Shown: piece after piece, positions 25,416 through 35,884 of the stretch
Layout of the letters: each line of letters begins with the position of its first letter
Position numbering within the stretch: the first letter of the stretch is position 1
Source: Amoebophrya sp. A120
Taxonomy: Eukaryota; Protista; Dinoflagellata
Direction: 5' to 3'
Length of the DNA stretch: 64,000 bases
Assembly (NCBI GenBank): GCA_905178155.1
Contig: CAJINV010000022.1
Coordinates: 641,073 to 705,072 of the forward strand
Notes under the pieces: model-generated
Seen by the model: the letters and a program-made list of their open reading frames with translations, nothing else
Told to the model about the DNA's origin: nothing
The model's database searches: none
Made by a program: the position numbers and the translations under genes

Positions 25416-28400
25416 CTACTTTCCATTTGCACCGCTAGAACTGGAAGCACCACCCGCCTTCTGCTGCATGTGGGGCGGCAGTCCGTGTTCGTAGTAGACC
25501 CCTTCAAACCACATCGGGTGGTTATATCCCATATCCCCAGCATTGTCTTTCGGCTCTTCGTCCGGCTCGACCTTTTCGTCGTCCTCCTCCTAGTTGGAAG
25601 TGAAGGTGAGGTTGGAATTAGATTTTTGCATGACAATCTGTATGATGTGGAAGCTGCAACGCATAACCGCATGACATACGCATGACAATCTCTGTAAAGA
25701 AACAAAATGCAAACTGTAAGAAAGCACAATATCGCTGTACCTTATCATCACCCTCAGTTCCCACCTTGTCGAACCAGTCCTTCCCCCGCCGCGTTCCCTT
25801 TTTGAGTTCGGGAAGCAGGGCATTTTCGAAGGCCTTGGCGGGAATCGGTAAACTGACGTTCGCTTCTGTGCCCGCGTTCGGATCGGAGCGGCAAATCTGC
25901 ATTGACTGCGCCTGCAAGTCGAACTCCGCAATCACGAAGGGGAGTAATTCCAGCATGATCCTGTTTTCCAGATTCCCCGACGTTCCACACTCCGGCGCGA
26001 GCTTCACTTTCACCGGCGCATACCCATTGGACCAGAACTGTAGGTTTTTATTTGGAAAATGTGACGAGGGAGAACGAGGTGGATTATGCAATACAAATTT
26101 ACGCGTCACGGCATGATGCGGTGGAAGTTTACACGAGCTAGACATTCACTAGAACAAACAGTACCAGTCTCATGGTCGGCAGCTTTTGACCAGCCTGATT
26201 ACGGTGCGAACGAAACTGCGCCACTTCCGCCACCGGGTTGGTTTTCGACACTGTGTAGACGAAGATGGCTGGGTGGCGCTCCAGGTTTTCCTGCATCGTG
26301 GTGTGAATACCCGGCGGCCGACCCAGGTTGGGTTGCGGCGTAAGCTTGCGCTTCTTGGTTCTGTCCATCTTAGTGTTAGCGAGAGCTGCGCTGCCCTGCA
26401 CGATCCGCTCCTCCTCCTGCATCGCGATGCGGTACGCCTCCCGGCACTTATCGGCGGTAGCAGTCCCGTAGACCATGTGGTGGAAGAGGATGTGACGGTT
26501 CTCCTTGGACAGCTCCGGAATGGCCTTCAGCAAGACCTTGTACACGCGCGTGAGCGGCGTAAACAACGCCATCTGCTTTTCCAGCGAAAGGGACGAAAAG
26601 CAGTCCACCAGAGTCGTATCAGCACGGATCCACAAATCGTCGAGGAGAACGATTTCCGTCCGTTTACAGATGTCCATGGACTGCCTGCGCAGAATCCTAC
26701 CGTCGTACAGATTCAGGTCGTTCAACAATCCGCCAGTTTTTTTGAAATCCCCCTCCGAAATCGGCATGGAGAACACGTTCACGTCGTACCGATTCAGCTC
26801 GAGACCCTGGTACCGCCCCATCTTCACCGCGATGACGCGCTCCATGGTGGGTGTACATTCATCGGGTGTTTTCTTGTGGTATCCGATGACCCAGTAGTTC
26901 GGGTTCTCCTCGAGAAATTTTTCCAGCTCACGCTCGTTGAAGGCCATCTGCCCGACGTACGCCAAAGCGTTGTAGTGATCTATGGAAAAAATATCTCCTC
27001 GAGTCTATCATGCTAAAAGCAGTAGTGCAGACATACTCCCTGACAGCAATAGGACTACGTTTGTCATGCGTCGCGATGTATGTGTAGTGTGTCTATATGC
27101 AGTCGAAGCTGTGATAAAAGAATCCTCTTCATGCGAATTATCTGCACGACTGTTTTTTGCAAGATAGCATGACCCTCTTCGCGTCCACGGCACGAAAGCC
27201 AGAGTCATGCCCGGACATCGAGACGAACTCGGGATCACCGGTGCAGTCGATGACGGACTGGATTTTCTTGTCGTTTTGGGTTTGGTTTTGCCACATGTTG
27301 GTAGCGACCCCCTTCATCTGTTTGTACAGCTGGTTGAGTTTTGTCCCTCTTCCGCCCCCGACACGACGCTCCTCGTCCTGATCCAGCAGTAGTGTGTGGA
27401 AATCATCCTTCGTCGGATTTTCGTGTGTAGCAGTGGTGATACTCAGGACAGAGTCTATTTCCCTCGGCGACAGCAGCGGCAGCTTCGTCACATCGCGGAC
27501 ATGCGGAGCCGGGTAGTAGCGCGCACCCTGCTCCATGTGGCGCTGGCGATCCACCTGGCGGGAGATGAGGGTCTGGTCCGCACGCGGCTTTTTGTTCTGC
27601 GCCGGATTTTGCTCCCTGTGCTGCTTCTCCTGCCAGACCTCGGTGACGGTAATTGTGCGGCACCGGTTCGTGCAGTACGGCTGCAGGTACTTGAGCGTGT
27701 CCACGCCGAGGTTGAAGATCTTGCACATTTGTTTCGCGGTGATGCTCAGCGGAAACGGGCACAAATCCCCCAGCAGCTTGCACGTGTTCTTGTTGAGGAG
27801 GATGTTGTGGTTCTGATAATCCTCCCAGAGGCCATATTGCGGGTCCCCAACTTCGAACCAGAAACAGTTCAGCGTGTTCCTGAGGACTTTGATGGCCGGA
27901 ATCTCGTACTCCTCGCCATAATGGTACACAGCGCAGGCGTCGCCGCACAGGCACCTCCACAACCGCTGCCGGTTCTTGGACATGTTGTCTTGGATCTTTT
28001 CTATGCAATTGAAATACTTTCTGCAAAGCCCATTGGTGCGCGCAAGCTTGCGTTGCTGGAACAGCAACGCAGGTTTCCATGTTTTTGCATGACAAACTCG
28101 ATGTATTCCAGCTGCTTGTTTGCAATCCCATCGGCGAGAAGAAGTCTTTCAATGGATAGCAGCAGTTCCCAGTGAGGTGGCGTTGGAAGTGCAGGGGTCG
28201 ATAAACCGCTTGTACGTGCACAGATAGTCGCCACCAATCAGCGACACATCGTGACGGCCCGTATGCTCGAGGTGGAAGAACAGCTCGTTGAGGCGGACGG
28301 TGGACGCGACGACCTGGCCGTGGACTTTCATCATCTTATCCTCCGAAATATGCAATAGAAAACAATGCCTCTGTTGAAGCATAAAACGTAGCTCATCGCA

Positions 28401-31225
28401 GTGAAACTCAGTGTCGTCCTGTGCTGAGAAATACTATGTAGATGCAGCACACTCTACAAAAAATGCATGACAGATTACGTGCCTATCAATAGCAGGGACA
28501 TTATTTTCAAACTCATATATCGACAACAGCTCCCGCAACATCTCCGGATGATAACCCAGCCACCCCTTCGTTTTCTTCAAATCCTCCAACTGCACCAGCG
28601 GGTCCGGCTTCTCGATGAATTTCACCCCGTTTTTCAGCAAGAACTTCTCGATTTCTTCCTCGGATTTTTTTATGACGAATTCACCGGCGGCTTGTTTTTT
28701 TTTGCGCTCGGCCTCGCGGAGGGCGCAGTCGTTCAAACTGAACGCAAAACGCCACTTCCACTTCTGAAAAGTGCGGCGGACGAGGTCCGCTCCCTGGAAC
28801 CGGGACTGCGTGCAGTGGAAAATGTTGGGTCCTGGAATGTTATGTAGCATGCGGATTAGCAATGATTTTATAGCTGAAAAGGAGGTCGTTTGAGGAGGTC
28901 CCTAGAGGACCTCCTAAATTGTGCAGCTTTGTCATGCAAAAAAAAATTGAATCTGCATGGTATGATGCGATTTGGAGACCTCCCTAGAGGACCTCCCAGA
29001 AGGACCAAAGAGCATTCGTCCTCAGCGATCGTCTTCAGAGAGTAGTTTTTCTTGACAAAATTAAACAAAGAGATTACAAAACCAAACAACAATACGGCTC
29101 TCCAGCGCCAACACCAGGGTGGGTTTGTCAGCTTCCGCTTTCACTTCCTTCGCAAACTCGCGTTTTGCGCACTTTTCCGGTTCCTTCTTAGCTTCCCGCT
29201 GGAGCTGCTTGTCGATCTCGAAAAAATCAGCTGCATTTTGCCCGCGACCCGCCGGTCCCGTCGCCCAGTCCGATACCATCACGCCGAAGCTCTCGACCAG
29301 TGGGACGCAGTTCAGCGTGTTTCGGTGGAGCCGATGGAGGATTGGCATCGCCCAGGTTCCCTCGATCATGCGCGTGGTGGACTGCACATGGCGGGTTTCG
29401 GGACTGCCTTGATCGAGGAGTTGATGCACGATCATGACATACTCCCGTTGCTCCGGGCACATGATGCTGGACACGTCCACATCCCGCCACGGAACGTCTT
29501 TATCCTGGATTGCGGCTTTGACGGCATCTACACCGAACTTGACGATCAGCTGGGACATCATGTACGCGGTGAGAAACTGGCTCTTCGTCTGTTCGACATC
29601 GGATGACAACAGCGACGAGTTTCCGGCCTGGATCGGAGCGGGTTCGATAACCAAATCGGTCCACGGCTCGCGGTCTCCATTTTTGTAGTCCTTTGGTCCC
29701 GGAGACTGTCTTGCACGGTACGAGAACTGTGTATTTTTGGTGGAGGTTCCGCTGCAGAAGAATGCTATGCACGATGGGCTCATAGTAGTTTTGATTTGTC
29801 CTGCAGAGTCCCGTGGTGGATAATCTTATTCACGATGGTGCTGCACATGCAAAGAAAGCGACTTTTCACACTGAAATCCTAAGTCATGTAGTACCAGTCC
29901 TCCCTGCCCGGCTTGCTTCCGCTGTACGGCTCCGTCAAAGTTGAAGCAAACGTGCGGCGGCTTTGCTCCGATTTCGTGGTCGTTGAAGAACTTGGAAAGC
30001 AATTCGGACTTCTTGTTGTGCTTATTCTGTGCCCACAAACGGCCCAGGACTCCGTACTCCAGTTTATGCAATGAAAGCCAGTACCCAGCATCAGTTTCTT
30101 GTTGGATTTTGTATTATCGTCAGCATTACAAATCTGTCTGCTATCAACTAGAAGCACGACGCTGTGTACTTGATTTCAGTATGGATACAGGTATCTGCGC
30201 GCGCCGGCGCACTGTTAGCATCGTGTATAATGTTATTCTGCATGGTATGCTTTTGCATTACATATTCGCTCTCAATGCCATGCAGGATAACATTATACCC
30301 GATGCTATCACTGCGGTCAAATTGTAGCTATCCGAAGGGAAAACAGCCAGTATGTGGAATACCTTGGCGCGGTAATTGCAGTCGTCTGCGCCCATCCGAC
30401 CCAGCTTCTTGCAGGCGGCGTCCTTCAGAGCATCGTATGTGAACTGCAGATTGTTGATGTTGACGCCCATCAGGGTCTGATTGAAGTCGCTCGTTCCGAA
30501 TTTCGCATGTACTTGAATAGGGTCTTTCTCCATCCGCCACCACAAATAACAGTTTACCTGCGTATTCGCGTGTATCTCGCTCATTCGAAAATTCATTATT
30601 TTCTGATGCAGAAAACGCATGATATGCAGTGTGTCATGCATAAAGAATCAAACCTGTACCACATCCTCGGAATCCACGTTGTCGACGAGGATCGGCTTGA
30701 TCCTCACCTGGATCTTGAACAGTAGATCCCGTGGAACTTGCTCTTCAGCCCAGTATTTGTAACTACCGGGAGACGGCGCCATCGACTTCAAACAGTACTT
30801 GGAGTGTATGCACGGAAGAAAAAATAGTTTTAGGGTTAAGGTTTTGCTCCAAACTGATTTCTGGATGCCTCGGAGAAATAAATGACTTGTCAGAATTCAA
30901 ATTCTGAAATCAGTTTGGGACAAAACCTTAACCCTAAACTCATTTTTCGCATCGTATGGCCTCCGGTGAAAGGACACCTCACCGGCTTGTCCCAGAAGGT
31001 GGTCTTGCTTTTGTGTCCCGGTCTGACGTAGTCCTCGTCTGGGTCGCTACCGTCATCGTCGGTATCAGTGTCAAATGCGAACCACGCAGCATCCTTCTTC
31101 TTCTGTCCAATCGGCGAAGGGAGTTCCGACTTCTTCTTCGCGGGAGAAGAAGCGAGAAGAGACGGAGATTCCTCCATCTTGGGCGCTCTGTACGGCGTAT
31201 GATTGTCCTCGTAACCACTCGGCAT
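25416..31225 (-). CDS. Large multi-exon protein (well over 1000 aa) containing a divergent pogo/Tc1-mariner (DDE_1-like) DDD transposase core
   Basis: GC3-rich exons matching ORFs 30890-31282, ~30654-30800, 30258-30641, 29826-30071, 29061-29783, 28434-28862, 28149-28382, 27138-28067, 26138-26965 and 25618-26145, plus last exon 25416-25589. Motifs PPHVCFNFDG (D 29934-29936), IAFFCSGT, VHQLLDQGS (D 29412-29414) and PNIFHCTQSRFQGADLVRRTFQKWK (D 28785-28787). In-frame GT-AG introns at 30558-30653, 28832-29095 and 25590-25740. Other junctions, the start codon and an in-frame TAA at 29826-29828 are unresolved. Confidence 0.65.
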
Positions 31226-31351
31226 CACGAGGTCATGTTCACTCACAAGTCGGTCAGTTTCTACGGGTGATTCACAAAACAAACTTCGAACTCAGCGTAG
31301 GGAGGCTGCGAGCGATGATACGACAAAGGTTTACTCCACTTCGCTCTACTG

Positions 31352-32222
31352 ATGCCATCAAGCGACCCCATCTACAGACGCAAACCGCTCACAAACCGAC
31401 ATCTTCGTGCTGGTATTGCACATACCACGTCTGCTACTGGCGAGTACGAACATCCACAGACCGAGTTTCTGACCTACGTGACCGATTTGCGTTGCAGAAC
31501 AACCACTTCAGACACGAGCCTTCACAGGAGCAACTTCAGCTGTTCTTCTTCTGATTTTTCAATACCAAATGATTAAGAGCATCTTCGTCACGGTGTGGAA
31601 AGTGCAGCTCTTTTCCGTCATGTTTACGAAGCTCCACCACTTCAAGGAGAAAATCATTGTTGACCGCCTAGTGTTAGTAAAGCGAACGATCTGCGCGGCC
31701 TACAGATCGACACTATTCGATGGGTGGAGAAGCAGGTAGTATTGGTGATTTGCTACAATATCAATGATGAGAACTTCATTTTGTGTATATAGAAACAAAT
31801 ATATATTTTTATATTCAAAACTGGGGTAGCCTCTGTGCAAATTGCTGGAGAAATACAACAACCTCCCCAGCTTAAAACTGATAATTGTTTTATCAACATA
31901 AAGCAGTAGAATAGAAAACGCTTCATAGCAAGTACGAAACTAACCCTATTCACAACTGCTGAAACATAGAAGGTCCGAGTTGCGATATCAAATGAAAAAA
32001 GCGCGCATCGCACTTGATCCATTGCTGCCAAAAGGGCCTCGCTCAAGTGCTGATCATGCCAATACGAACAGGGGCAAAGGCGTCTGTTCTCAACATACAA
32101 ACGGGTACTGCGATGTGCGCTATTTTCGCTTCGATATCACGCTCACGTGGACAAGGACCGACAGAGAATTTTTTACGAAGTACGACGCCCTACATTGGGC
32201 GACGCGAAGATTCACGTTCTAG
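31352..32222 (+). CDS. Possible small spliced ORF inside the element
   Basis: Coding-looking segments 31352-31576, ~31570-31737 and 31980-32222 separated by an AT-rich stretch; splice structure not resolved. Confidence 0.2.
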
Positions 32223-32237
32223 AAGCTAACCGAAGAA

Positions 32238-34543
32238 TTACTTCTTTTTCATCACTTTCATGGCCGGGGTCTTAGCAGCCTTCTTCGCGGCCGCGGCCGG
32301 CTTCTTAGCGGCCGCTTTCTTGGCCGCGGCCTCCGCCTTCTTAGCGTCCTTCTCGGCCTGCTTCTCCAACAAGGCCTTGACCTTCTCCTCGTCCTTCAGG
32401 CGCTTCGCCTCCGCCTTGGCCACCTTGTTGTTCTCCTTGGTCTGCTGCTTCTTGAACTCCTTGTTGGATTCCTCGATGTCCACGATCAACTTATCCTTCT
32501 TCTTGCTCAGGGACAACAGCAACGCGGCGGCGAACGGGGACTTCGCAGGAGCCGGGGTCAGGCCGGTGATGTCGTTGCCGAAGCTCAAGGGGGAGATGGG
32601 CTTGCTCAGAGGGGTGAACCCCAGGGTCTGCGGGGCAATCGACTTCTCGCCCAAGGACAGCTTGGCGGGCTTGACCGCAGTGGCGCTCACGATGGCGTGC
32701 CGCTCGGGGATGGACTGCATGGACGGAAAGTTGGACGGGGGCATGCCCGTGGAGGAGCCCGGCAAGCCGGTGGACGAGCCCGGCATTCCCTGATATTAAA
32801 GCATTGTGAAGTTCGAACGTGAGGTACTAGATGGACCGACGATCATGCTGCAGCTACACTTACATCAGGTGTTTCACATAAAACCAGTCACATCTTCAGA
32901 CAGCATTAGAATCAATTCCTGAAACATCGTATAGGTGGCGCTAAACTGTACCTGCATGTTCTGCATCGCCAGGTAGTACGCGGGGGACTGCATGGGGTTG
33001 GGCAAGCCGGTCATGGGGTTGGGCAAGCCGGTTCCGGGGACCATCTGCTGGACGATATCCAATACAAGCCTCTGCTTTGTAGTTTGTCATGCAAGACATG
33101 CATATATTCGATCTGGATGAGGTCGTTACTGAGCGCGATTATTGCGTTGTAAAAACGAACATGCACAAATGCCGAGGTTGCATTGGATACTACATCGGAG
33201 TCGGCATGACAGACGTCGGCGCGGGGCCACCCGCACCACCCGCACCGCCGTTACCGAAGTGGGTCGGGCGGGACAACCCGCAAAGGTGCGGCTTCGGGCA
33301 CTCGAACACGGCCTCAAACCACATGTCCTTGAGTATGCAAACAAAATCTTCAGCGAAGTCATGCTTGTCATGCAGAAACGAGCACTACAGAGCATGACAC
33401 TGGAATGCATATTATCAAGGGCTCAAGGCGTGAACTCTGCATGCAAAATACGGACCTACTGTGACTTCGCTGAAGGATGACGTGCATATTGGTGCCGGCC
33501 TTGGACAAGTACTCGACGGAATGCTGCAAGGTGCGGTACTTGCGGTCCGGATCACGGGGGATTAACTGATGAGTTTTACGTTGACATTGGAAACTGGACT
33601 CATGACGCACGTACCGATGTGCCGATATGTTCACACTTCTCTCGGATAAGAACAAAACGAAAAGTGCTACCATGTGGGGGTTGACACCCATCCGGACGTA
33701 CACCTCATTGACCTGGATGGCGTCGTAGATGCACTGCTTCACCTTCATGGGGCAACTCTCGGACAGGGTGGCAAAGAAGTCGGTCGAGATGTCGTGGCCG
33801 AAGAGGTACCAGCCTGTGATGATGAAGAGAGTTCATATTCATGATCGTATAGTTGTGTTTCATGTATGGTTTTCATGTCATGCAGGTGTAGAAACAATGG
33901 TCACAGTGATATACTCATTTGCTGAAGATCATGAACTACAAACTCAGTAACGAAAGCAACATACTACAGAAAAACTCTATACGGTCGATGTTTCCGGCCA
34001 GCGCCGCCTTCGAATAGGACAAGATCAACAGAAAGCCGATCTGCTTCGCGCGGAGAACGGTCTCGTACTCGGAAAGGGCGTCACGCATGGCGTTGACATC
34101 ACTCTGGTTGAAGCTGTTCACTTGTGCATTCAAGAATGCAGAGACAGTCTTTGGCATCTTCGACAACGACATTTTTGGTGTGATGCAAGAGTACTTGCAC
34201 AAGTTTGCAGTAAGGCAGAGTGAAGTCTTCACTTCGTAAAAAAACGGCTACGGGTTCGGTCAACAATGTCCAATGGTGGAAGATCAGCAACGACGCCCAA
34301 GATTAACAACAAGTCTTCAGGTGAAAGATCCGGAATCATTTTTTCAAACAGTTGGAATTGGGTTTCAACTTCACACTCAACTCTGCTGAAAGACAACACG
34401 CGGTGAGCTTGGGGATTGTGGAATTGTGTGAGGAACAGACAGGTAAAATCGTTTAGTTGGTTTGTGTTCGCAAATATGTTCTCAACTCTAGCACAGACAG
34501 TCGGGATTGCTTCGCGGTATTGATTGTCAAGCATTGAATTCAA
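32238..34543 (-). CDS. Multi-exon hypothetical protein with a Pro/Met-rich linker and a histone-H1/DVNP-like Lys/Ala-rich C-terminal tail
   Basis: Exons MSLSKMPK...AGNIDR, FIITGWYLFGHD...GVNPHM, RDPDRKYRTL..., ILKDMWFEAVFECPKPHLCG... and DIVQQMVPG...MQNMQ; last exon ends AAKKAAAKKPAAAAKKAAKTPAMKVMKKK-TAA at 32238. 5' end uncertain. Confidence 0.65.
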
Positions 34544-34677
34544 TTTTCTACAAAGCAGCTCATTCTTCTCATCTCTGTTTCACATCGCAACGCAGATCAC
34601 AACACAGCCTCAAAAACCTCTTCTCCACACCAGCATCTTCGCGAAGGGACCATGCAGCATAGCCTCGGCGGCCAAAC

Positions 34678-34827
34678 CGTTCCCAGACACAGCCGCAAGA
34701 CAACTAACCACATTAGCTATAAGAAAACCTAGATAGTTAATCATAAAATAGCTAGATAATCATAATAGTTTTACAATAAAACAGATTTTTGAAAATAGTT
34801 TTCGATTTAATAGCTGCTCCTGTTATA
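34678..34827 (-). repeat. Right terminal inverted repeat of the 11.7-kb element
   Basis: Contains GCAAGACAA at 34695-34703, the same 124-nt distance from the end as the motif on the left. Confidence 0.9.
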
Positions 34828-35884
34828 GTTCATGAAACTACATTATAGCTGCAGCCTGATCGAATAGCAATAAAGTGTATGATTCTTCGCATTACAATAC
34901 TTACGAATCCGGAGATGTTGAGAAGACGCAAAACGTCTTTCTTTGAACAAAGCAGCAACTCATTAGCACAACCCACGTCGACCCGGGAGAAATGAGTGTG
35001 GTCTACCCACAAACTACGAAATTCGTAGATGAAAAACCTTACATGTAGTTGCTGGAGTGGTTGAACAAAAATGTATGTATGTTTATATTCTGCAACTGCA
35101 CGTGCACCAATATTAACAACTGCAGACTTTACGACCGTTGGACAGTCTTGTTGTGGCTATGCCAGGCATAGAATTCGTTCTGTGCCTCTTCCAAGGCTTA
35201 AGACGGAAAGGGAAGGGGCGCCAGGGGCACCAGAAAATGGGTTTTCTAGCCTCGATCAACGTTGGCCACTAGAAGTCGACGTGTAGCCTGATTTCCAAAC
35301 AGTCGCACTATTGATACTCGAATCTTCTGTGTTCATCCTCCTCACGGGAATTATTTATTTTCCCGCTGAATTCTCGCTAAACAGCGGGTATTAAAGCTAA
35401 GGTATAACGGTAACCTAGACTTGTTCTGCTATATGATCACTCATTCTCTTTAGCTGCAGGCGTTTAATTTTTGTTCTTTTTTTGCAAGCGCCGGGCCGCT
35501 ACGATCATTTCCCACTTGTTGTGATCGACACACGCGGGTTTTTTTCCTTTCCAGCAGCGGGTCTTGATCTCTTTGTTGAGATAGAAAAAAGCTTCACCAC
35601 ATTGATATTCTCGCGCAAGCAGTGATGTCCGAGGCGCGTGCTTCATCCCGATGTTGATGCAGGACCAAGAAAAGTGTTGCGACTGCAGCAATGCTATCAT
35701 GAGTTCGGCGCCGACAGTACGGCGCAAAGGAAGCTTGACGACCTCCGAGCAAGATTTTTTGTTTCAATCCAAAACGACAGGTTTAGGAGTTTTTTTTCTA
35801 CCTGATGACACACATACACGACATACTTGAGCTCTTAGTACTATATACAAACAAACATTAGGCAACGACTCGAAGTTATCTTTG

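Larger units (their letters stand above)
23089..34827. mobile_element. Large (11,739 bp) multi-gene TIR DNA transposon with TAT...ATA ends and a 5-bp TSD; candidate autonomous element of the introner class
   Basis: 26-bp perfect TIR TATAACAGGAGCAGCTATTAAATCGA, extending imperfectly to ~58 bp. Second inverted block TAGTTGTCTTGCGGCTGTGTCT(C/G)GGAACG at ~23210-23238 and ~34678-34706. GTTCA direct repeat at 23084-23088 and 34828-34832. Confidence 0.92.
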
